DNA from: Eledone cirrhosa
Taxonomy: Eukaryota
Assembly (NCBI GenBank): GCA_964016885.1
Contig: OZ024745.1
Coordinates: 113,646,001 to 113,710,000 of the forward strand
Reading direction: 5' to 3'
Length of the DNA stretch: 64,000 nucleotides
Shown here in pieces: positions 39,239-53,880 of the stretch (positions are counted from its first letter, which is position 1; every line of letters begins with the position of its first letter). The notes beneath the pieces were generated by a model. That model was given only the letters and a program-made list of their open reading frames with translations. It had not been told where the DNA came from and made no database searches. Both the position numbers and the translations under genes were made by a program.

Positions 39239-40470
39239 CAGAGTAATTCGTGGTAGAGGGATCGGTCAGTAGGAATGTATCTATACGTGTGTGGGGGATA
39301 TTTTAACATATTGAAAGCTATTTTCCAGCTCTTGTCTTATACGGAGATGTGTGTGTGTGTGTGTGTATGTCTCTTTGTATCTTAGTGTATGTGTGTGTGT
39401 ATATATGTCTGTATGTTTGGGTGGGGGTGGACCAGTATTTTTGTGATACTGGTAAAAATGGTGTACATTATTCGATATTTTCAGCAAAAACGATTCTCTC
39501 AAGAGAACATCAAAAACATTAATAATAAAAGGTGTGAAATGATATATAGTATTGTCATAACACCAAGGTGTGTGTTAGTGTGTGTCTAGATTGTACGTAC
39601 TGCAAGGGGAATCGATGAGGCCCTGCCGTATTGGAATACTTGTGTACAAATATGTATGTGCCCATCAGTGTGCAATGCATGCGTGCGTATATGTATGTGT
39701 GTGTGTCGGCACGTTTATATCTATAGACATCAAAAGGTATGCAAATTTGTGTATATTTATGTTGCACCACAGAACATGTGTGTTTACGTATGTCATGGTG
39801 TTTATATGTGGATAGAGATGTATGTAGGATGTATGCTGATGTAGGTATGTATGTCAACGTGTGTATGTTGTGGGTTCGTCTTAGGGAGAAGTGTTTAGAC
39901 GGGGTCCGTATTTGTTAATAAAGTGAGATTCCTTGCTGATGCGCTGGGTGTGGGTGGCATTATCTTTAAATTTGTAGAGGGGAAAGATTCTGAAGTTGGG
40001 ATGATTTTGGGCGGCACAGGTATCAATGATCCCAACTTCAGAATCTTTCCCCTCTACAAATTTAAAGATAATGCCACCCACACCCAGCGCATCAGCAAGG
40101 AATCTCACTTTATTAACAAATACGGACCCCGTCTAAACACTTCTCCCTAAGACGAACCCACAACATACACACGTTGACATACATACCTACATCAGCATAC
40201 ATCCTACATACATTTCTATCCACATATAAACACAATGACATACGTAAACACACATGTTCTATGGTGCAACATAAATATACACAAATTTGCATACATTTTG
40301 ATGTCTATAGATATAAACGTGCCAACACACACACATACATATACGCACACATGCATTGCATACTGATGGGCACATATACTAACCAATACTTATTACTAAT
40401 TTTTACTTATTCCTAATTAATCTATTTTTCACTGGGAACAATTTGTCAGCATTTTCTTTTCCTTTTACCT
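38495..40470. mobile_element. Fold-back Penelope-like 3' end (GIY-YIG C-terminus plus 3' region), flanked by (TA)n
   Basis: Centre at about 40015. Both strands encode PNFRIFPLYK..QRISKESHFINKYGPRLN*. Inner arms 39654-40004 and 40027-40378; outer arms 38531-38620 and 40376-40467. Confidence 0.8.
38942..39192. repeat. 118-bp tandem repeat (about 2.1 copies)
   Basis: ttaagacaaatatg recurs at 38942, 39060 and 39178. Confidence 0.9.
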
Positions 40471-40510
40471 ATATATATATATATATATGTGTATTTGTAT
40501 CCTTGTGTTC

Positions 40511-40619
<109 letters not shown>

Positions 40620-41539
40620 GCACATACACTCATTTAAAGACAACAGAAGGCCGGACTGGAAACATTACTTAAAGTTTTCATTTTGCGAAAACACTAAACG
40701 CATTTCAATGGACCAGAAAGTAATACTATAGTTATGCTTCAAATATTGTTTCCAGATTCTGATTATCGACGTCATCATAAAGTTTATATCAGAGGAGCTT
40801 AACATCTAAGAAGCAGAATCTAAATTGCTGAAATGATTGCTTTAGTTGTAACTTACATCAAAGGTTCGAAGATTAAACTGCTCAAGTGTAATACAGACAA
40901 AGTACATCATTAAAACACATTTCTCAATGTTTCTGTATGTAATATATTTACTGAAAAAGGTTAGTAATTAACTGTACAGCGCATTACAAAAACGAAATAT
41001 GCTGTGAGAAATAACATTTTTCAACAATTAATATTATCTTCCATTTCTGGAAAATCAGAAATACTAAGCTTGTTACAGCTTTATTCTAACAACCTCAGCT
41101 AAATACAGCCCTTGTCGCATACACAGAAGTAATTATAAATATTTCAATAAGAAAATAAACGAGATAGTACAACTTTTTGTGTAAGTAAATATTGGAAGAA
41201 CTGTTAGGAAGTAGCAGATACGGATCAAGAAGCACATGGCTACGAGAACTTCCTTTCAAAAGGCACTTGGATAAATACCACAACTAAGATAGTGTGTACA
41301 CCATAGAGGCGATGGAGAAGAATGTGGAGAATCTACGAATTAAAGTACCTATGATTATGAATATGCTGAGAGCACACATGAATAATAGAAGGAATGAATG
41401 TGAAGTCAGACGCGGTGGTAAAATATAGTGGGGAAAAGCTAAATGTGTTTTTGCTTATACTATATATAATCCCTTAGATTACAGACATGCTCTAGCATGT
41501 CTGTAATCTAAGGGATATGATAGGAAGTCTATCGACAAG

Positions 41540-41796
41540 ATCGCAGACCTCGTTTGCTTACCAAGTGGAGTGGACCTCGTCAAATCAGATCAAGCCTCGT
41601 TAAATCGGACCAAGGAAACAATGTTTTCATCGGTATTTCCATTGCTGATAATATCTACCGGCCATAGCTCCTGGCAGAATGAGCAACGAGAAATAACGTG
41701 TCTTGCTTAAGGATATAACGCATCGCCCGGTCCGGGAATCGAACTCACACCCTCATTATTGCAAATTCATTACTTTAATAGCTAAGCCACGCACCT
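41540..41796 (-). mobile_element. SINE S2 copy
   Basis: Homologous to 16715-16972; B-box gagttcgattccc on the minus strand. Confidence 0.8.
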
Positions 41797-41815
41797 ACTA
41801 GAAAATTAATTTGAG

Positions 41816-41935
41816 ATGCTTACAGTTCCTAGATTTCCCAAGCGGTTACCCATCTCAGTACTAACTCGGCACGACTTTGCTTAACTTCTGTGATCGGATG
41901 AGGACCTGTGTTTTCAACGTGATATAGCCTATAAT
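41816..41935 (-). pseudogene. 5S rRNA pseudogene (full length, diverged)
   Basis: ggctatatcacgttgaaaacacaggtcctcatccgatcacagaagttaagcaaagtcgtgccgagttagtactgagatgggtaaccgcttgggaa..ctgtaagc is colinear with metazoan 5S rRNA but has many substitutions. Confidence 0.85.
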
Positions 41936-41983
41936 AAAAAGTATGCTATAACATGGAAAGATTGCGAATTATTACGTTCAGTA

Positions 41984-42604
41984 ATAATTGTTTCTACTAT
42001 TTGCACAAGGCCAACAATTATCTCAGTGCATTATTGGTACTTTATTTTATCGACCCCGTAAGGATGAAAGGCAAAGTTAACCTCGGCGGGATTTGAACTC
42101 AGATCGTAAAGGGGCATAACTCTGGGGCTGCAAAGAATAGAGTCCGACCCTCTACCGATACTGTCAATGACTGATTGGTAGAATTGGTAGAGCGTCGGAA
42201 AAACTACAATTACATTATTTGTTCTTTAAATCCCACAGAGGTAAATTGTGTCTCCATCCTTCTGGGGTCGATAAAATAAAGTACCAGTTAAGTAGTGGGG
42301 CTCATTTAATCAAATGTCTTCTTTCCCCAAATTTGCTAGCCTTGTGTCTATATCAGAAATAAATATTAATCATTTTTTTCTAGATATTATATAATATAAT
42401 GGTTTCTGATATAAGCACAGGGCCAACAATTGTTTTGGCGAGAGGGGAAAGATCGATTAAATCGACACCAGTACGTTACTGGTACTTCATTTTATCGACC
42501 TTGTAAGGCTGAAAGGCAAAGCTAACATCTGCTGGATTTGAATTAAGGAGCCGTAACTCAATGTCACAAAGCATGTTGTCCGACGCTCTACCCATACTGC
42601 CAAA
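41984..42604. mobile_element. Cluster of three S1-type SINEs (41984-42166 minus, 42172-42365 plus, 42398-42604 minus)
   Basis: Each has the catcctt..ggggtcgataaaat..gtaccagt core and the ggccttgtg tail. Confidence 0.8.
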
Positions 42605-43659
42605 TGATGAAAAACTAGGAGAGGAAATTTAAAATATGCTAATTAATATAGAAATTTCCTACCTGGTAATGATACCCAAATCTGTAGATATTTGTAGATT
42701 CAAATATTTTTGGAAGTGAGTTTAACTGCTTGCTGTACTTTTACTGTGCTGAAAAGCAAAGAAATATGTTTGAAAACAACTTTTATAAAAAGTATTAGAT
42801 TATCTAAAAGTATGAAATATGTTTAAATATCAAGGCTGCCTGAAGTAGCTAATTAAAGAAAAAACTATGACCATGGTAAATTTATGAAGACGGTGTGTTT
42901 TAAGTTACAAAAATAAATATATTACTATAAGCATACATATTGTATCACGTAATAATGTATTGTGTAAGACATACTTTTATGGGGAAGAATACCAATTCCT
43001 TATAGAGATAATATATTTACCGAACAGATTACCTGTTTGGACAAATATCTACATATTAGAATTTTAGAGTTAATAACATTTGGTGAGGAACCATAAACAG
43101 CGGCTCCAATTAGGGCTTCAAAATTATTCCAAAGGTTCCAAGAAGTCACGCAGAGACACCGATAAGAATATATGTTCAGCTCCTAACTACATTATAAATC
43201 ATTTCCTCGTTAAAGAATAATTGGCAAGCGCAAATATTTATATTCTGTGAGTGTAGTTAAGTTAATAACCTGCCTAACTAGAAATAACTAGAAACCTGTT
43301 TTATCTCAATGTGCACTTGCTGTAAAGGGCTGAGATACTGGTTGTTAGTTGAATTGAAGTAACATTGTATCTTATTCCTTTTAATACTCACTTAATGAAA
43401 CTGGTCAGTCAGTTCACTGTACGTTCGATTAATTTTCAAAGTTAACAGCAACGCTACGATAGCCACTGATCTTCAGAATATTCTGGCTGTATATCGATCC
43501 GAATAAAAGTTCTTCACAGTATTTTAATATCAGGGACAGCTAACGCTTCTATAGCCCAGCTGAAAATAACATTAGATAATTCTCCCATTAGAAAACTAAT
43601 TGTTTGAAAGAGCCCATATGCTAGCCAGATATTCTTCCCCATTAATAATAATTTCTAGA

Positions 43660-43930
43660 TGTTCAAACTCCGCTGAGTTCAAATCCTGCCAAGGTCAACA
43701 TTGCCTTTCATCTTTTCAAGGTCGAGAAAAAAAGTACCAGTATAGAACTTGGATCCTTTGTTCCTCTACATCGTTATCTCTCTCTCTCTCTCTCTCTCAC
43801 TGGAAGAACTCGGCTCTATTCAGACCTGAAGAGGAACTGGCTCCCCCAGGATTTAATATGCCCAAGAAACACCGTATGTCACTACGGTGCCAACACGGCT
43901 CCATTAGGAGCTACGGGCTTAAATTAGAAA
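43660..43930 (+). mobile_element. SINE S3 copy
   Basis: gagttcaaatcctgcc..gcctttcatc core plus a tail inverted relative to 8816-8940. Confidence 0.65.
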
Positions 43931-46900
43931 GATAGATATATATAATTTAATCATATAAACGTATTTTCTGACAAAAATTGAGTCAATATCAGAGTTATAT
44001 GACATAATAATAATCTTTTTTTTTTTTTAAGTTTAGAATGAAAGGCAAAGTCAGACGTAGTTAGATTTGAACTCAGAATATAAAAGTAGACAACTCCACA
44101 TTATATTTTGTTCGGCATTTTACCATAGCCTTTTACCTCCACAAACAGAGCGTTGCTCTGCTAAATTGTAATAAGTTTCAGAGACATATTTATATGTAAA
44201 GAAGGAACATTTGTTTGTATAAACTTTTTGTCTTCTTCGGCGTATTCTATAACACGAAAAATGTGAATAGGTTTCGTCGGTTAATCGATATCGGCTAGTT
44301 CACTCGGTGGTTCTCGACATTACTCATAACTTGCTTTTAATGAGGATTTCTTTTATTCGGGCATAAATCAAATTTTTAGTGAAATGGTATAAACCGCACC
44401 ATGTAAATTGCGCATATTTTATGTGTCAAGGAAATTAAGATTAAAAATTGACTGCACCTGAATCTGAAATTCTAACAGTGACGCAGTCAATTACGTATAT
44501 AACATATCGCTCTATTGATTGAACCAAATACATCACATGAACTAATCGCCACTGTAAAAGGGTTATTTGAAAGAAAATCATCTCTTGTTAAGTTGAGAGC
44601 TTCAGCTTGATATTAATCGAACTGAACACTGTATATTGACTCCTTACTTGGCAGAAGCCAATAAATTTATAAGGGATATGAAATGACATATGTGACATGC
44701 ATGGAAAGCGGAACGCTTTGCGAAGGCGGTATTCACTACTTGAAATGTTGGTTTTAGTATGATAAGAGGGAAATATTGCTGTTGATTTGTAATTTTTATT
44801 TCACTTCACGTTGAAATGTTCAACATCCTTTAATTTAAATGTAGTAATCGACTGAAATAATATAAAGTGAAAATTAATTACTAGTAACATTTAATAACGC
44901 TTGTTTTCCATGGAATGGTTAATGATATAAGGATAAATTATATATCCATTAAGGTATATGCCGAATAGGAGTAGCTGATAAACGTGGTGCTTCAATAATT
45001 CTGTTAATCAAACATGCGATAATTAATTAGTTGTAGAGGTAAATGTACATTTGTGAACCTTATATGGCTGTGCAGATTTCTTCTATTTACTTTCAGCATA
45101 CAAATTCCTGTAAATCATTTCTAACAAATAGAGTTAATTCATAAAGGCTGCCTAAACCCCAGGGGCGTATGGAGTGGCGGTGTTCGCTTACTATTGTACT
45201 GTTACGCTGGAGTGATATAGCTGCTGTTTCCCTGCTAGGTCTCAATTACATCACAGATAACTTTACCAAATAATCTGTTACCTATTCTTGGCAGCTAGGG
45301 ACACAGAGGCAGAATAATTAAAAGCTAACCAGGCTGTCGTATGGCCTGCTGTAGTTAAAGACCACATAGTACAGTCTTTACGATGAGCACATTGGATAAT
45401 TTAGTCTAATATGCACTATACATGGAAACAAAATGGAAGAGCATATCTGGAACGACTTTGCTCATAGTTCTGCTCAATAAGGGCTAATCTAGGGCTAAAC
45501 ATCAACTAATTTCCTGCAGGTTTCCTGTCGGTAGCTGCTTAGCTATTGTCGATTTTATTTATTGATTTTGAGAGAAAGTTGAATAAGAAAGAAAAAAAAT
45601 AGAGTATCGATCCAAATTCATAGCAGCATTTAATTTTCTGTAACGTCTGATGGTTAAACTTCAGTTTGAATTCCTTTCTCATTTTATAAAATAACAGCTA
45701 GTATTACGGCTCATCAACTATAAATTCTAACTTTGATAATATATATCATCTATAAATTCTAACTTTGATAACAGAACGAGATAGTGTGGGAATGATGTCC
45801 AATTTGAATTGGTTCAAGTTATATAATGGTAGATATATGCATACTTGTAGAAAGAATTAAGTAGACTGTTTAATGTTTATTTAATACGAGGTTAAAGGGA
45901 ATTAAAGAGTCAGTTTACACATGTGGAGAAAGTTTGGTTTAACACGTAAATTTGCGAGATGGCTATTGTTATAGCATTTGAGTTAACTATACGTGTCTTT
46001 GTCAAATTCTTAGAGATTTTCCGACAGATTCGAGACTATGACATTTTTACTTGAGTTCTTTTAATGTTTATAATATCAGAGGTTAGTATATATTGAAAGT
46101 GTTATACTTAGAATTTACGTTGTTGGTAATATCTAGGGGTTAAATATCTAGGCTTTAAAATACTCTTCAATGTTTGAATGAAGAAAGGGAAATGTCGTGT
46201 GTATTTATACCGACATAATTTAAGGTTGGAGATTCATTGATGTTTCAATGATGTAAAATTTACTTCCAACTCATTCTCATAAAGATGGCGTTTCTCTTTC
46301 CAATAACAATCTCATGTAATGCTTATGTGATCCTTTTGGGATGTTCCTATTGAATAGTTCCACAAACAAAGCGGTAGATAGTTCCATGTTCATTGTCGGA
46401 GCAAAAATATCCAAATCGAGTTTATCTTCCATCTCTTGAGAGTCGATATAATAGGTATGAGTTGTATACATGGGCAAGATCCAATCGAATATAGTCGTCC
46501 CATATAAACATGTGGCCTTGAGCCAATGTAAGAAATCATTAAGTTTGGAGACACCCCCCATCTCTCTCTCTCCCTCACCCCCACTTTCTCTCTCTCTCTC
46601 GCACACATACACTCACACAAGCATTTGTGCTCACATATTCAGACACTCATTATCTCACACAGACACACATCTTTTCTCTCTTTATCCATCACACTTACAC
46701 GAAGACACACTCGCACACTCACACATACACGCGTGCAAACAGACACACAAACACACGAACAAACAACTGCATATTCTTCCTCATTTTCTCTCTTTTTTTT
46801 TCTGTTATTACCAAAACAAAACCAGAAACTTCAAGCAACAACGAACCAAAGAAAAGTGTGGCAGATAAAATTGAAAAGATTTAGGGAAAAATAAGGAAAA

Positions 46901-47163
46901 AGATTGTAATGTTGATTGGCAAAATGGTTGGTACTGCTTGACAATAGGATGGCCGAGAAGAAGTAACAGAAGAAGAAGAAGCAGAATTCTTGTCCGCTCT
47001 GCTTGTTTCAACGAACCGACCATTATTTTGATGCTTTCATGAGTAAGTAGTGTCGTGTTTAATTGCCTTTGTTGCGAGATCGAGAAATGACTATATATAT
47101 ATATATATATATATAGTCATTTCTATACGTGTCTTCGTATATACATATTTATACATATATATA

Positions 47164-47277
<114 letters not shown>

Positions 47278-47315
47278 CGTACATACATAATATATATATA
47301 TATATACGTACAGAC

Positions 47316-47419
<104 letters not shown>

Positions 47420-48111
47420 TTTATACATTTATGTACACGTATGTTTGTGCGTAAGCATGTATATGTGTATGCACACATTTGGCGTTGCTGTCTGTGAGTA
47501 TATTTGTGTAAGTATATGCGTGTATATGTTTGTACGTGTCTATGTGTGTGTGTGCGTGCGTGTTTGCATTTCATGCGTCTGTGTTGTAAGTGTGATGAGG
47601 ATGTGTGACCGACTATGATGCACTAATTTTCAACATCATGGTTAGAATTCGTAGCAAGAAATTAGCTTGAAAATATCATGCTGTAGTACTAAATTAAAGA
47701 AACAAAAGCAGAGAGAAGGGAAGATATTATGACAGAGAGAAAGAAAAAAAGGAGGAAAGTATGTGTGCGTAAGAGAGAGAGAGAGAGAGAGAGTGTGTGT
47801 GTGTGTCTGTGTGGAGTGGTCTGTGTGTGTTTCCATGTAGTGGTCTCTGTGTGAGTGCGTAAGACAAGGTTAGATAGATAGATTAAGAGAGAGAGAGAGG
47901 GGGGTGTGGTAGATGCATATAGAAAGAATGAGAGTCAATGAGTGAAAAGAGAAATGACTTTACAAGATGGCTGTTTATGAGAACAAATATTTATTTCTCT
48001 CTCATCCTGTTTCAATCTGTGTATGGAAGAAATAGATGGAAAGACAAAGATTTAAAGTGAGCTAGAGGTAGAAATATAAAGGCAAATATTTCCCTCTATC
48101 TACACACACAC

Positions 48112-48255
<144 letters not shown>

Positions 48256-48337
48256 AGTTAATCCGGGTTCAATCGGAGGTAACCACAGTAAGTAAGGTAC
48301 TCAATACATAGCAGACTATAAATGTTTAATATAGAAA

Positions 48338-48388
48338 AGCTTTTACAGGACTAGAACTGTTTCATTCATGCGAAATCATCAGGAAGCT
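48338..48388 (-). ncRNA. Type I hammerhead ribozyme, family A, in an element (about 48257-48545) ending at (TA)n
   Basis: AGCUUC-CUGAUGA-U-UUCG-CA-UGAA-U-GAAA-CAG-uucuaguc-CUG-UA-AAAGCU, with one stem I mismatch. Confidence 0.8.
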
Positions 48389-48678
48389 GACTGACCAAGT
48401 AAATATGGTGGTATTTATATTTTTTGGGGTGGTAGGAGAGGGTGGGCATTGGGATGGGTGGAGGTCATTGGTTGATGGGTTTAAAGAAAAGGGAATTCTT
48501 TAAAAGCTAATTCTTTAAAACTGTATTTAGAGTGACAAAGGCTGAAAGGAATGTGTGTGTATATATGTATATGTATGTGTGTATGTGTCTATGTATATAT
48601 ATGTATATGATATGTATATGTGTATATATGTATATGTATATGTGTATATGTATATGTATATGTGTGTCTGTGTGTCTG

Positions 48679-48714
<36 letters not shown>

Positions 48715-48807
48715 GGTATATATATACATATATATATATGTATATGTATATATATATATATCTGTGTGTGTGTATGTGTGTACATTTATATATATATATA
48801 TGTATAT

Positions 48808-49124
<317 letters not shown>

Positions 49125-49261
49125 GTGTTAAACGATATTCAATGATTATGTCAAAGAATGAGTTTTAAAGTAGATTGGAAGCACTCTACGGGAAAAAAAA
49201 ATTTTCCGGAGTTATTAATATTAAAATATAAATATTAATAAAATAGATGTTCTTTTGATCA

Positions 49262-49324
49262 ATTACATTTTATTATACATATTTCGGATGTACAACAGTA
49301 CGTCCTCATCAGACAAAATATAAT
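49262..49324 (-). ncRNA. Type I hammerhead ribozyme, family B (left arm of palindrome)
   Basis: Exact reverse complement of 49435-49497. Confidence 0.85.
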
Positions 49325-49434
49325 GATACATGACATACCCTGAGATGTTAAATGGTTAAGATTAAATCTTAACCATTTAACATTTCATAAGATTAAATCT
49401 TAACCATTTAACATCTCAGGGTATGTCATGTATC

Positions 49435-49497
49435 ATTATATTTTGTCTGATGAGGACGTACTGTTGTACATCCGAAATATGTATAATAAAATGTAAT
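49435..49497 (+). ncRNA. Type I hammerhead ribozyme, family B (right arm)
   Basis: AUUAUAUUUUGU-CUGAUGA-GGA-C-GUAC-UGUU-GUAC-A-UCC-GAAA-UAUGUA-UA-AUAAAAUGUAAU; 12-bp stem I including two G-U pairs. Confidence 0.85.
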
Positions 49498-49534
49498 TGA
49501 TCAAAAGAACATCTATTTTATTAATATTTATATT

Positions 49535-49592
<58 letters not shown>

Positions 49593-49803
49593 ATACACAT
49601 ATGCATACACACACATACACTCACTCACACACACACATATATATATATGCATGTATGTATATATATATCGTTACTCTCCTCCCCTCTACTCCGTAGTTTA
49701 TTTTGTTCATCTCATGTATATTTTGTTATTGGTGAACCAAAAAAGGTATCAGATTGAATTAATGTTTGCGTGTATGTATGTATGCATAACTGTATGTATG
49801 TAT

Positions 49804-50344
49804 GTTCTTCTGGTTTTATAATTTCACAAAGTTTTACCAATAGAGAGAGAGTCGGTTTCTAACATAGACACAAGACTCTCTCATTGGAATTTACACAACA
49901 TCAACTAGGTAGATATGTATGTATGCATGCATGTGTAGATATTGATGTTATTGTATGTGTGGATGTGGATGTTTTGAGTTGTATGTGTGCATGTGTATAT
50001 GCTTTGTATCTGCACATGTGTATATGCAGTTATTAAATGCAAAATTTTTGGAATGTTTTACATATTTTTACTGCTCCATTAATGGATTGTACTTGTAATT
50101 TCCTAACTAGTTGTGTTCTTTCTGTTCCTGTGAAGCCTAGCTTCTCAAGATTTGTATTGAGGCAGTTACTAACATACCCCAGTGTCCCAATAATCACAGG
50201 TATAAATCTGAAGGTCTAATCAGGGTGGAGTATCTGCAGATTTCTCATCAGTTCTGCATAAATATTCTCCTTTTCACTAATCTTTGATATTATATTGACA
50301 TCTGCTGGGCAGCTAATTTCCACTACTGTGCATGTTTTCTTCTG
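49804..50344 (-). mobile_element. R4/Dong-like RLE 3' fragment inside (CATA)n
   Basis: KTCTVVEISCPADVNIISKISEKENIYAELMRNLQILHPD*TFRFIPVIIGTLGYV...KICKTF. Confidence 0.85.
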
Positions 50345-50694
50345 TGTGTATGTATGTATGCATGTATACATGCATACATGCATGAATGTATGCATGTATG
50401 TATGTATTTATTTATGTATACATGTATGTATAGCGTTGGCGGTGGTGCTAGAGTTGTTGTTGTTGATGTTGGTGATGATGGTGGTGTTGTTATTGGTGGT
50501 GGTGATGCAGTTGCCGATGAAAATTGCCACGAATATTGTTGCAGCTTATCATTAGTGATCACCGCCATCATAATTGATATCATCATCATCATCATCATTA
50601 GCGTTTCCGGCTCAACACCATCTACAACAGGATCCGCTAATCTTGCTAAAAATAGCAGCCAAATGAACCACAAAATCACAGCTTACAGCCATAA

Positions 50695-51072
50695 ATAATT
50701 GTTTCTACTTTTGGCACAAGGCCAGCAAATACCCAAGCGTATTACTGGTACTTTATTCTTTATCGTCCCCGTAAGGATGAACGGCAACGTTAACCTCGGC
50801 GGGATTTGAACTCAGGACGTAAAGAGCCATAACTCTATGCTGCAAAGTATGGTGTCTGATGCTCTATCGATACTGCCAATCCATCGCCATAGATAATTGT
50901 TTCTAATTTTGGCACAAGGCCATCAATAACCCAGTACATTACTGGTACTTTATTTTATCGACCCCGTAAGGATGAAAGGCAAATGTTAACCTGGGCGGGA
51001 TTTGAACTCAGAACGTAAAGGGACGTAACTATGCCAGAAAGCATGGCGTCCGACCCTCTACCGATACTGCCA
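50695..51072 (-). mobile_element. Two tandem S1 SINEs
   Basis: Copies at 50695-50889 and 50894-51072; the motif gccata(a/g)ataat recurs at all three junctions. Confidence 0.85.
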
Positions 51073-51179
51073 GCCATAGATAATGGGAGGACAGATTTTA
51101 TAATGTTAGCTCTCTGCCAGAGATGGTTCATGATCTGAATACTTCTTATCATAGATCTACTCAATTAGAACAATAATAT

Positions 51180-51236
51180 TATCATCATCACCATCATCAT
51201 CATCATCATCATCATTATCATTATCCTCATCATCAC

Positions 51237-51276
<40 letters not shown>

Positions 51277-51337
51277 GTCATCGTCGTTATCATCCAAGTT
51301 GCTCACATCCTAATCACACCACCACCAGCAGCATCAT

Positions 51338-51390
<53 letters not shown>

Positions 51391-51790
51391 CCATCATCAT
51401 CACCATCATCATCATCATTATCATTATTATGATCATCTTCATCATCATCGCCATCTTTCACCATCATCATCATCATCTTCATCATCATCACCACCACCAT
51501 CATCACCATCATCATCATCATCATCATCATCACCACCATCACGTCATCATCCCCCATCACCATCATCACAATCACCGCCACCGCCACCGCCACCACCACT
51601 ACCACCATCATTAACATCAGCAGCAGCAGCAGCAGCACCACCACCACCACGTCATCATCCCCATCACCACCACCATCATCATCATCATCACCACCACCGC
51701 CGCCACCACCATAACCACCATCACTATCACCACCACCATCACTATCACCACCACCATCACCATCATCATCATCATCACCAACAACACTAT
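51180..51790. repeat. (CAT)n/(CAC)n trinucleotide array
   Basis: Read directly from the sequence. Confidence 0.95.
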
Positions 51791-52106
51791 CATTATAACT
51801 TTAACTGCCTGTCTACTATCACGCCCTTTCCTTTCGTGAATTGTTTTATTTTTTAAAAATCAATTATTTCGACACCCCCACTGCCCCCCCCCCCCTCCGC
51901 CCACCTCCGCCCACCCCTCCCTTCTCGGTATAATAGTTCACAGTTTTATTATTATCATTATTGTTGTTGTTGTTATTGTAGTTGGTGGTGTTTATAATTT
52001 TCTCTTTCTTTTCCAGATCTCTCAATTTTGTGTGTATTTTTTAATAGGAATCTTGTTTATTTATTTATTTATTTATTTATTAAATTTGATTTCGTTTTCT
52101 GTTGGT

Positions 52107-52465
<359 letters not shown>

Positions 52466-52598
52466 CGTGTATGTGCATGTCTATGTGTATATGTATGTAC
52501 AAGTGTCTATATTTATATATTTATATGTATATGAATAAATATATTCGTGTGTATGTGTTTATATGAGTGCATATATATATATATATATTTATTATTAT

Positions 52599-52637
<39 letters not shown>

Positions 52638-52734
52638 GAATATGTATTATCCACGTACATATATGTATGTATGTATGTATGTATATATATATATATGAAT
52701 ATGTATTATGCATTTATATATATGCATGTATGTA

Positions 52735-52871
<137 letters not shown>

Positions 52872-52873
52872 GC

Positions 52874-52920
<47 letters not shown>

Positions 52921-53262
52921 ATGTATGTATATATATATACATATATATGTATCACAAACACACACGTTACTTTCAGTATTTCCTGGAAAGCTGGTCGATC
53001 CAATTAAATACGGATTGTACAAGATTTCTCTTAACTTGTTACAGATAATAATTCGTTGCCGTGTGAGCTGGCATATTGTTTCTTTGCTTTGGTCTTTTTC
53101 GTTATTTTTATTTGATTTCATTTATTTTATTCTATTTCTCATTTGGCACACGCTTCTCCGTATGTGAACGTACGGAGAAGCGTGTGCCAAAATACAATAT
53201 TAAAAAGAAACAATATCGGAAAAGAAACGTTATGCCATCTCACACGTTAACTTATACATACA

Positions 53263-53329
<67 letters not shown>

Positions 53330-53348
53330 TACATACATGTGTGTATAG

Positions 53349-53561
<213 letters not shown>

Positions 53562-53781
53562 CAGGTATATTACATATGTATATGTGAGTGTATACCGACA
53601 CATACACACAAATGAACACATGCCCACCTAAATATAATAGTGCATATAATCACATCACATCACTCACCATCCTCACACGTACTATTGGATATTCTCATGC
53701 ACAGAAACATGCACAGGTGTACTCATACATACAAACACACATACACACACACACATATATATATATATATTAATATAGAAA

Positions 53782-53833
53782 AGCTTCTACAAGAATAAGA
53801 ACTGTTTCATTCGTGAGAAATCATCAGGAAGCT
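53782..53833 (-). ncRNA. Type I hammerhead ribozyme, family A (intact core)
   Basis: AGCUUC-CUGAUGA-U-UUC-UCAC-GAA-U-GAAA-CAG-uucuuauuc-UUG-UA-GAAGCU. Confidence 0.8.
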
Positions 53834-53880
53834 TCCCGATGATTTCTCACGAATGAAACAGTTCTAGTCCTGTAGAAGCT
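53830..53880 (+). ncRNA. Type I hammerhead ribozyme, family A (U4C core mutation)
   Basis: AGCUUC-CCGAUGA-U-UUC-UCAC-GAA-U-GAAA-CAG-uucuaguc-CUG-UA-GAAGCU. Confidence 0.7.

Noticed and set aside
43415-43485. Minus-strand CUGAAGA..GAAA with a G-U-rich stem
   Set aside because: No consistent stem I or stem III register.
46900-47048. Possible plus-strand exon ending in GA/GTAAGT, with a strong acceptor at about 52016
   Set aside because: Splice-like signals alone, without an ORF or homology, are insufficient.
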